The notes: generated by a model not told the origin, from the letters alone. Shown: positions 49,093 to 58,650, counted from the first letter of the stretch. The stretch: 64,000 bases of DNA from Candidatus Curtissbacteria bacterium RIFCSPHIGHO2_01_FULL_41_11 (GCA_001776335.1 MFAZ01000043.1:3984-67983); one strand, 5' to 3'. Numbers and translations: made by a program.

Positions 49093-49734
49093 CTACGATT
49101 CTCCTTTAAATATCCAAACTTTAATTCCGACTATCCCGGATTTAGGAACTTTGGCGTCTAATTTTGCAAAATCAATGATTGCTCTAAGGGTGTGCAGGGG
49201 AATTGCACCGTCTTTTAAAGATTCTCGTCTGGCGATTTCCGAACCACCCAGTCTTCCGGAAAGTTGAATTCTGACGCCTTTTGCACCGGATCTTTTTACT
49301 CTTTCCAAAGATTGATTCATAATTCTTCTGAAAGGAATTCTTCTCGTCAGCTGCTCGGCAATGTTTACCGCAACAAGATAGGCATCGAGATCTGGTGTTT
49401 TTACTTCTTCGAATTTTATTTCCATTTTTCCGGCGTCTTTAATTTTGAATCTTTTCAACATAGCTGCTTTTAATTGCTCGATTCCGGTCCCGCCGCGACC
49501 AATGGCGACACCTGGACGGGATACGTAAATATAGATTGTCCTTTTATCAAAAGATCTTTCAATATCGACCCTGGAAATTCCTGCAGCTTTTAAATTTTCC
49601 ATCAAAAAATTTCTGATCTTTCGATCTTCAAGCAAAGATGTCGCGAAATCCTGGTTTTTGCTGGCAAACCAGCGTGATTTCCAGGGATAGAATGAGCCTA
49701 GTCTGAATCCGTACGGATTAACTTTTTGTCCCAT
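49093..49734 (-). CDS. rpsC: 30S ribosomal protein S3
   Basis: 213 aa, KH domain plus S3-C. Confidence 0.95.
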   Translation of the reverse strand: MGQKVNPYGFRLGSFYPWKSRWFASKNQDFATSLLEDRKIRNFLMENLKAAGISRVDIERSFDKRTIYIYVSRPGVAIGRGGTGIEQLKAAMLKRFKIKDAGKMEIKFEEVKTPDLDAYLVAVNIAEQLTRRIPFRRIMNQSLERVKRSGAKGVRIQLSGRLGGSEIARRESLKDGAIPLHTLRAIIDFAKLDAKVPKSGIVGIKVWIFKGES

Positions 49735-50125
49735 TTTTCTCCTTTGGCTCCTCCAGTTTTTTTGTTTCTTTTGTTGCTTCGGTTTTTTTCTTTTCTTCTC
49801 CTTCGAGAATAACTGTTATGTGGCTGGTTCTTTTCAAAATACTGTGAGCGCGACCTCTTGCCACTGGCTGAAATCTTTTAAACATGGGTCCAATGCCAAC
49901 TAAAATTGATTTAAAAGCCAATGATTGCTCGTCTAGACCAAAGTTGTTTTTTGCGTTGGCAATTGCTGAGCCAATTACCTTTATCAATGGTTTTGCAGAT
50001 GACTTGTGAACCAATTTTAAAACTACCATGGACCTTGCCGGTTCCATTTTTTTAATTTGATCTACCACGAGCCGTACCTTTTCGGGTGAGACTCTTATGT
50101 TATTTGCTTTTGCTATGACTTGCAT
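49718..50125 (-). CDS. rplV: 50S ribosomal protein L22
   Basis: 135 aa uL22. Confidence 0.95.
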   Translation of the reverse strand: MQVIAKANNIRVSPEKVRLVVDQIKKMEPARSMVVLKLVHKSSAKPLIKVIGSAIANAKNNFGLDEQSLAFKSILVGIGPMFKRFQPVARGRAHSILKRTSHITVILEGEEKKKTEATKETKKLEEPKEKNGTKS

Positions 50126-50127
50126 TT

Positions 50128-50412
50128 TTATTTCTTCGCAGATGATTTTTCTGTTATTTTTCCATGTCCGCGAAATGTTCTGGTTGGTGCAAATTCGCCG
50201 AGTCTGTGTCCGACCATTGGTTCGCCAACGAAAACGTTTATGAAAGTTCGTCCGTTGTGAACCGAGAAAGTATGATTGACAAACTCCGGCGCTATCTGGC
50301 TAGCTCTCGACCATGTTTTGATGGCAGATTTCTGGCCTGATTGCTTTTGCGCCATTACCTTCTTCATTAATTTTTCGTCCACATACGGACCTTTTTTGCT
50401 AGATCTGGACAT
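50128..50412 (-). CDS. rpsS: 30S ribosomal protein S19
   Basis: 94 aa uS19. Confidence 0.95.
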   Translation of the reverse strand: MSRSSKKGPYVDEKLMKKVMAQKQSGQKSAIKTWSRASQIAPEFVNHTFSVHNGRTFINVFVGEPMVGHRLGEFAPTRTFRGHGKITEKSSAKK

Positions 50413-50504
50413 TATTTTCTCTTCCTTTCGATAAAATCAGCAGGTCGACTTGCGAGACTTCGTCCTCGCAATGTCGCTCCTCTGATATTTTCTCTAGTCG
50501 TCAT
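50412..50504 (-). CDS. Candidate 30-aa basic small ORF ([30 protein letters not shown]) filling the rplB-rpsS spacer
   Basis: Its ATG overlaps the rplB TGA (ATGA) and its TAA overlaps the rpsS ATG (TAATG). AGGAGG lies 5 nt upstream, inside rplB coding. It contains a perfect 7-bp GC-rich hairpin TTGCGAG-N8-CTCGCAA at 50450-50471. It could equally be a noncoding structured spacer. Confidence 0.25.
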   Translation of the reverse strand: MTTRENIRGATLRGRSLASRPADFIERKRK

Positions 50505-51322
50505 TTATTCCTCCTAGATAAAATGAAGCGGCTTGATGGTTTGTTTCTGTTTCTGGTTTTCTTGCCCATTGCCGGTTTGCCCCATGGTGTTTTTGGATGC
50601 ATACCTGTTCCGCTTCTTCCTTCTCCCCCACCATGCGGATGTGAACCAGGGTCCATGGCAACGCCCCGCACTTTTGGACGTTTTCCCATGTGACGACTTC
50701 TGCCGGCTTTTCCGATCATAAGATTTTTCCAATCAACGTTACCGATTTGACCGACCGTCGCAAAACAGTTTCCATGAATCTTTCTGGTTTCTTTGGAAGG
50801 CAATTTTATGTGAATATACTTGCCTTCGCGTGCCGCGATAATTGCCCCTGCTCCGGCACTTCTAATTAATTTTGCTCCGGATCCAGGAGTCAGTTCGACG
50901 TTATGTACGACTGTTCCAACCGGCATTTTGGAAAGCGGCAGAGCATTTCCGGGTTTTATTTCTGCACTTTCCCCTGACATAATTTTCTGACCTACTTTCA
51001 AACCTACTGGAGCCAGAATGTATCTCTTTTCGCCGTCTGTGTAATGAAGAAGTGCGACATTGGCACTTCGGTTCGGGTCATATTCTATGGCTGCAACAGT
51101 CGACGGCACGTGTTTGTCTCTTCGGAAATCTACCTGTCTGTAGTTTCTTTTGTGTCCGCCGCCTTTACCCCGGGTTGTAATCCTTCCCCCCGAACGGCCT
51201 GCTGTTTTATTTAACCTGTTAATCAAAGATTTTTCCGGTTTGGTTTTGGTTATATCTCCAAAAACCAAAAATGATTTGAATCTTTGGCCTGGTGTTTCCG
51301 GTCTAATTTGTCTGACTGCCAT
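50501..51322 (-). CDS. rplB: 50S ribosomal protein L2
   Basis: 273 aa uL2. Confidence 0.95.
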   Translation of the reverse strand: MAVRQIRPETPGQRFKSFLVFGDITKTKPEKSLINRLNKTAGRSGGRITTRGKGGGHKRNYRQVDFRRDKHVPSTVAAIEYDPNRSANVALLHYTDGEKRYILAPVGLKVGQKIMSGESAEIKPGNALPLSKMPVGTVVHNVELTPGSGAKLIRSAGAGAIIAAREGKYIHIKLPSKETRKIHGNCFATVGQIGNVDWKNLMIGKAGRSRHMGKRPKVRGVAMDPGSHPHGGGEGRSGTGMHPKTPWGKPAMGKKTRNRNKPSSRFILSRRNK

Positions 51323-51324
51323 TT

Positions 51325-51711
51325 TTAACCTTCCTTTCCTTCCGATATAACTTGTACATCTTTATCTTTCATGCTGTTTTTGGTTTTTGGTTCTTTTGCG
51401 GCCTCTCGACTTCGCTTGGGACCTTCGGCAGCTTTGGGCGAAAGAACAGCAATTTTTTGTCCCGGTTTAAGGTAGACAATGGCTTTTTTACCACCGCCGA
51501 CTTCTGTTTCTTTCCTTGTTTTTGCAATTCTTTTTGTCTTTGTGGCCCGGCTTAAAACATTTACTTTTTTAATGTCTACCGAAAACTGGTTTTTGACTGC
51601 TTTTGCGATTTGTTTTTTCGTTGCCCTCTCATCCACCAAAAACGTGTAAAGACCTCTTTCCATCAGTCTGTATGCTTTTTCAGAAAGAATAGTTTTTTTT
51701 ATGATATCCAT
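51325..51711 (-). CDS. rplW: 50S ribosomal protein L23 (C-terminal extension)
   Basis: 128 aa uL23. Confidence 0.9.
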   Translation of the reverse strand: MDIIKKTILSEKAYRLMERGLYTFLVDERATKKQIAKAVKNQFSVDIKKVNVLSRATKTKRIAKTRKETEVGGGKKAIVYLKPGQKIAVLSPKAAEGPKRSREAAKEPKTKNSMKDKDVQVISEGKEG

Positions 51712-52466
51712 TTGCCAAGTGCCTCCTTTGAAATTAATAGATTGTTATTTTGTAATACTTGATACGCATTGATGTTTGATACTGGTTCTACTGTAAGTGA
51801 TTGTATGTTTCTGGTTGCCAACTTCACGTTGTCATTTTTTGAAGAAATTATAAGAAGCGTGTTTTTTTGAGCATTTAATTTTTTGAGAAGGTTGGCAACT
51901 GGTTTTGTTTTTGTAGAAATTTTTTCGAGGTTTGAGATAATATTTATGTCTCCATCTTTGGCTTTTTGTGATAGAGCATGAATTAATGCCTTGCGTCGCA
52001 TTTTTTGTGGCAGAGTAAGTTTTGCTTCTCGATATCTTGGACCAAATGTAGTTCCTCCACCGACCCAAAGGGGTGATCTTATGGATCCGGCGCGGGCATT
52101 ACCTGTTCCTTTTTGGCGCCAAGGTTTTTTGCCGCCGCCGCGGACTTCACCGCGGGTTTTGGTGTGGGCGGTATTTTTAATACTTTTTGTTTTGTAAACT
52201 CTTATCGCAGTAGCTAAAAGTTGTTTATTTGTTGTTTGTCCAAAAATTTCTTTAGGTAAGACAACTGTACCGACGCTTTTTCCGGACATATCAAAAACCT
52301 TAGCTGTTAGACCAGTTGGTTTTGTTTCTGTTTTAACAACGGGTTTTGTTATTGGTCGTTGGGATTGCTTCGCATCCGCTCGCAATGACTTTGACGTCAC
52401 GATTGATTTTTCTTTCGTTACTTTTGATGCCTTTGATACTTGCGATACTCTTACTTTATCTGCCAT
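51699..52466 (-). CDS. rplD: 50S ribosomal protein L4
   Basis: 255 aa uL4. Confidence 0.9.
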   Translation of the reverse strand: MADKVRVSQVSKASKVTKEKSIVTSKSLRADAKQSQRPITKPVVKTETKPTGLTAKVFDMSGKSVGTVVLPKEIFGQTTNKQLLATAIRVYKTKSIKNTAHTKTRGEVRGGGKKPWRQKGTGNARAGSIRSPLWVGGGTTFGPRYREAKLTLPQKMRRKALIHALSQKAKDGDINIISNLEKISTKTKPVANLLKKLNAQKNTLLIISSKNDNVKLATRNIQSLTVEPVSNINAYQVLQNNNLLISKEALGKWIS

Positions 52467-52575
52467 TTATTTTTTACTTTAAGGGCAAACCTCTACGGTT
52501 TTCCCTTAATATTCCCTTTCCCTTAAAGGACAAAATTTCACTAGCAAAGCTAGATGAAATTTTGGTTTAAGAATT
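52467..52575 (-). promoter_or_regulatory. Conserved leader module copy C (family 1), directly upstream of the rplD ATG
   Basis: About 50 nt near-identical to copies at 58651-58770 and 59257-59399. The RNA sense carries UAAGGGA-AAACCGUAGAGGUUUG-CCCUUA around GAGG, preceded by the CUAGC-UUU-GCUAG hairpin and AU-rich flanking arms. Confidence 0.6.
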
Positions 52576-53319
52576 TTATTTAGAAACCTCCTTTGTTTGT
52601 TTTTCTTCTTTCTTTTCTTCTTTTGGCTCCTCTGGCTCTTTTGGCTCTTCTGATCCCTTTGTCTCTAGTTTTTCCTCTTCATCTTCTTTAGGTTTTTCTT
52701 CCGGTGGTGCTACATATTTTTTGACCTTTCCTGTTTTTTCGATCATCAAATATCCATTTCTAAATCCCGGAACTGCACCTTTTATGACTAGCATGTTTTC
52801 TGCAGGATTTACTTCTATTACTTCCAAGCCTGTAACTGTAATTTTTTCATTGCCCTGGTGCCCCGCCATATGCTTGCCTTTATAGACTCTTCCCGGTGTT
52901 GTGCCCTGACCAATTGATCCCGGTGCTCTGTGCCTGTCTGATTGTCCGTGTGTTTTTGGCCCCCCGTGAAATCCCCACCTTTTGACTCCACCTGTGAAAC
53001 CGTGACCTTTTGTTATGCCTGTAATTTTTACTGCGTCTTGGTTTGCGAAGATGGCAACTGTGATTTTGTCGCCTATTTTTACCTGTCCATCTGTTTTAAC
53101 TTCCCTGACAAATCTTGGCGCTACTCCAACTTTGTTGACGAAATCATTTTGGGGTTTTTTGACTTTCTTTCTTGCTCCAAGCCCCAAAACTGCGTGGTCA
53201 CCTTTAATGTCGACGACGACATTTGGTTCGGCTTTTATGACCGTGACAGGAACCCGATGTCCCCGCAGGTTGTATCGGGCTTCCATATTTCCTTTGATTC
53301 CTAAAATTGTGTTTAACAT
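52576..53319 (-). CDS. rplC: 50S ribosomal protein L3 (Lys/Glu-rich C-terminal tail)
   Basis: 247 aa uL3. Confidence 0.95.
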   Translation of the reverse strand: MLNTILGIKGNMEARYNLRGHRVPVTVIKAEPNVVVDIKGDHAVLGLGARKKVKKPQNDFVNKVGVAPRFVREVKTDGQVKIGDKITVAIFANQDAVKITGITKGHGFTGGVKRWGFHGGPKTHGQSDRHRAPGSIGQGTTPGRVYKGKHMAGHQGNEKITVTGLEVIEVNPAENMLVIKGAVPGFRNGYLMIEKTGKVKKYVAPPEEKPKEDEEEKLETKGSEEPKEPEEPKEEKKEEKQTKEVSK

Positions 53320-53525
53320 TGTCGTTTAAGTACTAAAAATCGGAGACCCTTGAGATTATTCCTTCGCTTGGCTTGGGATTTTCAGGAGTCTCTCTTTAGT
53401 AAATTTCTAATTTCTAATTATTCTAATTTCTAATAATCCCGTTTTCTACGAAAAACAAATCCCAATTTTTTAATTTCTAAATTTATTTAGGTCAATTAGG
53501 TTAATTAGAGCAATTAGAAATTACT
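53320..53525 (-). promoter_or_regulatory. 206-nt structured spacer between rpsJ and rplC
   Basis: Four CTAATT repeats face four AATTAG repeats as inverted AT-rich tandem repeats. A GAGAC/GUCUC hairpin plus U5 lies about 20 nt before the rplC start. Confidence 0.4.
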
Positions 53526-53834
53526 CTACATCTTCAGTTCAATATCTACGCCGGCCGGTAGTTCGAGATGAGTTAATGAATCTATGGTTTTGTTTGTCGG
53601 TTCAATAATATCGATTAGCCTTTTGTGCGTTCTCATCTCAAATTGTTCGCGTGCATCTTTATCTGTGTGGGGTGACGTTAACACCGTAAATTTCTGAATT
53701 CTTGTTGGCAGGGGAATCGGACCCGAGATTTTGGCACCTGTCGAAAGGCCGGTGTTTATGATATCCCGACACGCAGCGTCAATGACTCTGCCGTCGTATG
53801 CTTTTAGTTTGACTCGAATTCTACCTTTAGGCAT
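53526..53834 (-). CDS. rpsJ: 30S ribosomal protein S10
   Basis: 102 aa uS10. Confidence 0.95.
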   Translation of the reverse strand: MPKGRIRVKLKAYDGRVIDAACRDIINTGLSTGAKISGPIPLPTRIQKFTVLTSPHTDKDAREQFEMRTHKRLIDIIEPTNKTIDSLTHLELPAGVDIELKM

Positions 53835-54028
53835 TTTCTTTTAATGTGCTTTTTCCGAGAAAGAAAACGAGTCGAGAGGAAATTACTTATTACTTTAAGC
53901 GGTTAGACTTGAAGTTAAATATGGTTAATTTCATATTCAGCAGTGTCCTCGACTATTCGCTCTCTCAAATAGATTTGCAATTGAGTTCGCTTCGCTCACG
54001 TAATTTTGCAAATTTGCAAAATTATAGC

Positions 54029-54070
54029 AAAAAAAATCCTCCTTCGGCAAGCTCAGGATAAACCCTTGCC
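54029..54070 (-). terminator. Intrinsic terminator after tuf: GGCAAGGGUUUAUCCUGAGCUUGCC hairpin, then GAAGGAGGA and U8
   Basis: GC hairpin 54046-54070 followed (in RNA sense) by the run at 54029-54036. Downstream are three TTGCAAA repeats, a likely S10-operon promoter region. Confidence 0.5.
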
Positions 54071-54095
54071 AAAAAAGGAGTCATTGCCTTGCCGT

Positions 54096-55277
54096 TTACG
54101 CAATAATCTTAGAGACGACGCCCGCACCTACGGTGTGGCCGCCTTCTCTAATTGCAAATCTAAGTCCCTCTTCCATCGCAACCGGCGCAATTAGTTTTAC
54201 TTTCATTTTGATATTGTCACCAGGCATGACCATTTCGGTCCCTTCCGGCAGGGTTGCTTCTCCTGTAACGTCTGTGGTTCTGATGTAAAACTGTGGTCTG
54301 TAACCGGTAAAAAATGGTGTATGTCTACCGCCCTCTTCTTTAGTCAGAATGTAGACTTCGGCTTCGAATTCTGTGTGGGGGGTGGCTGTTGCGGTTTTGG
54401 CAAGAACTTGTCCTCGTTCAACGTCGTCTTTTTCGATACCTCGAAGAAGTACTCCAACGTTGTCTCCGGCCTGACCCTGGTCAAGTTCTTTTCGAAACAT
54501 TTCAACACCGGTGACAACTGTCTTTTTGGTAGGTCTGATTCCGACAATTTCGATTTCGTCATTAACTTTGACAACTCCCCGTTCGACTCTTCCGGTTACA
54601 ACTGTACCTCTGCCTTTAATTGAAAAGACGTCTTCAACCGGCATAATAAAGGGTTTGTCAAGATCGCGAACCGGAGTTGGGATTTTTTCATCTACAGCTG
54701 CCATTAAATCTTCGATTGCTTTTACTGACTGGGCATCTCCTTCGAGAGCTTTTTTAGCAGATCCACGAATGATGGTGGCCCCTTTACCGTCGTATTCATA
54801 TTTGTCAAGAAGTTCACGGACTTCGAGTTCAACCAGATCCAGAAGTTCGGCATCCTGAACCATGTCGACCTTATTTAAGAAAACGACAATTGCAGGTACG
54901 TTAACCTGACGAGCCAGAAGAACGTGTTCTCTTGTTTGAGGCATTGGGCCGTCCGGTGCGGAAACAACAAGAATAGCGCCGTCCATTTGAGCGGCACCTG
55001 TAATCATGTTTTTGATGTAATCGGCATGACCCGGAGCATCGATGTGGGCATAATGTCTTTTTTCTGTTTCATATTCGACGTGAGTGATGTTGATGGTTAT
55101 TCCACGCTGTTTTTCTTCCGGAGCATTGTCGATTTGGTCATAGGCTTTTTCCTGCGCCATACCTTTTCCGGCCAAAACCTTGGTGATGGCTGCAGTGAGC
55201 GTGGTTTTACCATGGTCGACGTGACCAATGGTTCCGATATTTACGTGTGGTTTTGTTCGTTGATACTTTTCAGCCAT
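54096..55277 (-). CDS. tuf: Elongation factor Tu
   Basis: Start trimmed to [26 protein letters not shown]. The track ORF begins at an upstream TTG. Confidence 0.97.
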   Translation of the reverse strand: MAEKYQRTKPHVNIGTIGHVDHGKTTLTAAITKVLAGKGMAQEKAYDQIDNAPEEKQRGITINITHVEYETEKRHYAHIDAPGHADYIKNMITGAAQMDGAILVVSAPDGPMPQTREHVLLARQVNVPAIVVFLNKVDMVQDAELLDLVELEVRELLDKYEYDGKGATIIRGSAKKALEGDAQSVKAIEDLMAAVDEKIPTPVRDLDKPFIMPVEDVFSIKGRGTVVTGRVERGVVKVNDEIEIVGIRPTKKTVVTGVEMFRKELDQGQAGDNVGVLLRGIEKDDVERGQVLAKTATATPHTEFEAEVYILTKEEGGRHTPFFTGYRPQFYIRTTDVTGEATLPEGTEMVMPGDNIKMKVKLIAPVAMEEGLRFAIREGGHTVGAGVVSKIIA

Positions 55278-55348
55278 GTCATCAAAATAAATGAATACCA
55301 ATCAAGCCAAGATGTTACACTTGGCAGGCTGATATTCAGTTTGTGTAG

Positions 55349-55376
55349 TTTATACTATTTCTACAGGCTAGTGCAA
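55349..55376 (-). promoter_or_regulatory. Candidate tuf promoter TTGCAC-16nt-TATAAA
   Basis: -35 at 55376..55371 and -10 at 55354..55349, about 70 nt upstream of the tuf ATG. Confidence 0.35.
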
Positions 55377-55572
55377 GAGGCGAAAAAGTATTCAATATTT
55401 TCGGGGTAAAAGGGAAGTTAAAAGGAGATCCTTCGTCTCACTCAGGATGACAAATTGAATTTCTCAATTGTATTCAGTTTGTCAACTTTCCTTTGTTTCG
55501 CCTTTTTGTTTGGCAACGATTTTATCGGCCCTTCACTACGTTCAGGGTAAACTCTAATAAACTTTTGACTGA

Positions 55573-57708
55573 CTAACTCTCTTTGGTTTCACCTTTCGTT
55601 TTGGCCACAATTTTATCTGCAATATTGCCCGGGACTTCTTCGTAATGGGACGGTTCCATATAAGCAGACCCACGACCTTGAGTAATCGAGCGCAGAGTGG
55701 TGACGTAACCGGACATTTCGGAAAGCGGAACAAGCGCTTTGACGATGACGGCATTGCCATGATGGGAAGAATCTAGAATTTGGGCACGTTTTGAGGAAAG
55801 ATCGCCTATGACATCTCCCATAAATTCTTCGGGGATTGTGACTTCAATATTCATTATCGGTTCCAAAAGAATCATATTGGCTTTTTTGGCTGCAGCTTCA
55901 AAAGCCATGGATCCTGCTATTTTGAAAGCGATATCGGAAGAGTCGACATCGTGATAGCTGCCGTCGTAGACTGCGACTTTCATGTCCACCATCGGATAAC
56001 CTGCCAAAACTCCAATTTCCATTTTTTCTTTGACACCTTTTTCGATAGACGGAATAAACTCCTGAGGAATTCGGCCTCCTTTGATTTCGGAAACATATTG
56101 GAAACCCTCTCCGCGGCCGAGCGGTTCAACCCGAAGGAGACAGTGACCATATTGACCATGACCCCCGGTTTGCCTGATGTATTTTCCTTCTCCTTCTGCG
56201 ATTTGTTTAATAGTCTCGCGGTAAGCAACTTGAGGACTACCGACATTTGCCGAAACCTGAAATTCCCGCTTCATTCTGTCTACTAATATTTCAAGATGGA
56301 GTTCGCCCATCCCTGAAATAATTGTTTGGCCGGTTTCCGGGTCACCTTTAATTCTGAAGGTGGGATCTTCCTCGGATAGTCTTCCGAGAGCATAACCCAG
56401 TTTTTCCTGGTCTGCTTTGGTTTGCGGTTCTATCGCCAAAGAAATGACCGGTTCGGGAAACGAAATTGATTCAAGGACGATGGGTGCTTGCGGGTCGCTA
56501 AGTGTATCTCCTGTTCCGGTATTTTTAAGACCGACAACTGCTATAATTTCCCCCGCATAAGCTTCCTGGATTTCTTCACGTTTGTCGGCGTGCATCAAGA
56601 GGAGCCTGCCGATTCTTTCAGAATCGTGTTTGCTGGAATTTGCAACTGCGCTACCTGACTTTAAAGTCCCGGAGTAAATACGAACATAGGTGAGTTTCCC
56701 AACGTGAGGATCAACCTGGATTTTAAATGCAAGGCCTGCAAAAGGCGCTTCTACTGTCTGTTTTCTGACTTCTTTTTCGCCGGATTTTGGGTTAGTACCT
56801 TCAATTTCTGCTTTGTCCATTGGAGACGGAAGGTAGTCAACAACTGCGTCCAAAAGTGGTTGAACTCCTTTGTTTCTTAAACTTGATCCGGCCATAACAG
56901 GCACGATTTTATATTCGATTACCGATTTTCTAAGAGCCGCTTTTAGATCGTTTACGTCTAATTCTTCACCTGCCAGATATTTCTCAAGCAGCACATCGTC
57001 TGCTTCTGCAATCTTTTCGACAAGTTCGTGGCGGTATTTTTCCATGTCTGCCTTGGCACCCTCTGGAATTGGGACTTCAGAATACTTCATGCCGGTTTTG
57101 TCTGTTTCATCCCAGACATAGGCTTTTCTTGTAAGAAGATCGATCACGCCTTTAAAATCATTTTCCTTTCCAAGCGGTATGTTGTAGGGATAAGCCGGTG
57201 CTCCAAGTTTGTTTCTGATTGATTCTAATGTCGCAAAGTAATCTGCACCAAGTTTGTCCATTTTATTTACGAAACAGATTCGGGGGACTTTATATTTGTC
57301 AGCCTGGCGCCAAACTGTTTCTGATTGAGATTGAACTCCTTCTTCGGCATCGAGAACTGTTACACCACCGTCTAAAACGCGGAGTGATCTTTCGACTTCT
57401 GCCGTAAAATCTACGTGGCCCGGGGTGTCAATGATGTTAATTCTAGCTTCAATATCTTTGTGGGGACCGTCTTTTGGAGTCCAAAATGCCGTAACTGCGG
57501 CGGAAACGATTGTAATTCCACGTTCTTTTTCCTGAGCCATCCAGTCGGTAACTGTTGTTCCCTCGTCGATATTACCGAGTTTATATGACTTACCCGTGTA
57601 ATAAAGAATCCGCTCCGTTGTCGTTGTTTTACCCGCGTCAATGTGGGCAATAATGCCTATATTTCGGATACGGTCAAGTGGATATGATCTGTCTTTTGCG
57701 TCGGCCAT
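55573..57708 (-). CDS. fusA: Elongation factor G
   Basis: 711 aa. AHIDAGKTT G-domain and all five EF-G domains. Confidence 0.97.
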   Translation of the reverse strand: MADAKDRSYPLDRIRNIGIIAHIDAGKTTTTERILYYTGKSYKLGNIDEGTTVTDWMAQEKERGITIVSAAVTAFWTPKDGPHKDIEARINIIDTPGHVDFTAEVERSLRVLDGGVTVLDAEEGVQSQSETVWRQADKYKVPRICFVNKMDKLGADYFATLESIRNKLGAPAYPYNIPLGKENDFKGVIDLLTRKAYVWDETDKTGMKYSEVPIPEGAKADMEKYRHELVEKIAEADDVLLEKYLAGEELDVNDLKAALRKSVIEYKIVPVMAGSSLRNKGVQPLLDAVVDYLPSPMDKAEIEGTNPKSGEKEVRKQTVEAPFAGLAFKIQVDPHVGKLTYVRIYSGTLKSGSAVANSSKHDSERIGRLLLMHADKREEIQEAYAGEIIAVVGLKNTGTGDTLSDPQAPIVLESISFPEPVISLAIEPQTKADQEKLGYALGRLSEEDPTFRIKGDPETGQTIISGMGELHLEILVDRMKREFQVSANVGSPQVAYRETIKQIAEGEGKYIRQTGGHGQYGHCLLRVEPLGRGEGFQYVSEIKGGRIPQEFIPSIEKGVKEKMEIGVLAGYPMVDMKVAVYDGSYHDVDSSDIAFKIAGSMAFEAAAKKANMILLEPIMNIEVTIPEEFMGDVIGDLSSKRAQILDSSHHGNAVIVKALVPLSEMSGYVTTLRSITQGRGSAYMEPSHYEEVPGNIADKIVAKTKGETKES

Positions 57709-57714
57709 AGTAAA

Positions 57715-57975
57715 TTATTTGGAAATTTTGTCTGAGGAGACTTGTGCGCCTAGTGGGTGTTCCAGATTTCGAATTTCTTTTTTGACTTCCGCAACCATTG
57801 CACGCAGAACAGAAACTTCTTCGTCTGCAAGTTCCCAGGCTGCATTTTCATTCCAGGCTGCGCCGGACTCCTGGAATGCGTCGCCATATTTGGCCAGAGC
57901 ATCCTTGAGCTTAACATTTTCAAGCTCGTCGAGCCTTTTTCTCAGATCTTTTATTTTTTGTGTTTTAGTTTGCAT
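57715..57975 (-). CDS. GreA/GreB N-terminal coiled-coil-domain-like protein (86 aa), with no C-terminal FKBP-like domain
   Basis: Acidic coiled-coil ORF. The tip ESGAAWNENAAWELADEE aligns with GreA ELGDLKENAEYHAAKEE, so the E44 equivalent is conserved while D41 is replaced by Ala. GAGGAAGGAA SD 8 nt upstream. 6 nt upstream of the fusA start. Confidence 0.45.
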   Translation of the reverse strand: MQTKTQKIKDLRKRLDELENVKLKDALAKYGDAFQESGAAWNENAAWELADEEVSVLRAMVAEVKKEIRNLEHPLGAQVSSDKISK

Positions 57976-58123
57976 TTCGTCAGTTCCTTCCTCAATGTAA
58001 ACATGCTTTGGTTAACAAATTTCATTTAAGCAGAAACTAGTCATCTTATACAAGGATTGACTTTATCCATTACTAAGCGGAAAAGCTTAATTCACCTGGC
58101 TAGAGGTATTAGGATAAGCGGGA

Positions 58124-58152
58124 ATTATATCAGTGAACGTCTTTTTAAGCAA
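58124..58152 (-). promoter_or_regulatory. Strong sigma70-like promoter TTGCTT-17nt-TGATATAAT (extended -10), immediately downstream of the rpsG stop
   Basis: -35 at 58152..58147, TG at 58132-58131, -10 at 58129..58124. Drives the GreA-N-like gene and fusA. Confidence 0.5.
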
Positions 58153-58155
58153 GAA

Positions 58156-58650
58156 TTACCACCTAAAGTGGGCAAACGCCTTATTCGCTTCGGCTGCGCG
58201 GTGCATTTCGTCGCGCTTTGCAACAGCTTTGCCCGTTCCTTGTGCTGCCTCTAGAATTTCTGCTGCCAGTTTTGCCGCGATTGGTGGAAGGTTTTTGATC
58301 TTTTCGACTTCCTTGGGCGAGCGGCTTCTGGCTGAAATTACCAACCAGGTAAGAGCCAGGGATTGCCTCCTGGGACCTCGAACTTCCATGGGCACCATGT
58401 AGGAAGCACCGCCGACACGCCTTGGTCTGACTTCCATTTTTGGTGTTACATTTTCCAGGGCTTTTTCGAAGGTAGTTTGCGGGTTTTGGCCTTTGCCTTC
58501 AATATATTCGAATGCGCCGTAGACTGCCTTTTGGGCAATACTTTTTTTACCGTGCATCATGATTTTATTTACAAGCTTTGCAACGGTGGGATTCTGGTAG
58601 ATGGGATCCGCTTCAATTTTTCTTTTTATGATTTTTCCTGCTCTTGGCAT
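58156..58650 (-). CDS. rpsG: 30S ribosomal protein S7
   Basis: 164 aa uS7. Confidence 0.95.
   Translation of the reverse strand: MPRAGKIIKRKIEADPIYQNPTVAKLVNKIMMHGKKSIAQKAVYGAFEYIEGKGQNPQTTFEKALENVTPKMEVRPRRVGGASYMVPMEVRGPRRQSLALTWLVISARSRSPKEVEKIKNLPPIAAKLAAEILEAAQGTGKAVAKRDEMHRAAEANKAFAHFRW

Noticed and set aside
39838-55301. Track N-terminal extensions of rpsD (MQTLRRFHT…), rpsH (MEYADS…), tuf (MVFIYFDD…), rpsI (MLTKTNSNNK…) and the GT-C gene (MQKKANTYF…)
   Set aside because: Conserved protein N-termini, overlaps with upstream genes, and SD or promoter positions indicate the internal starts given in the feature table.
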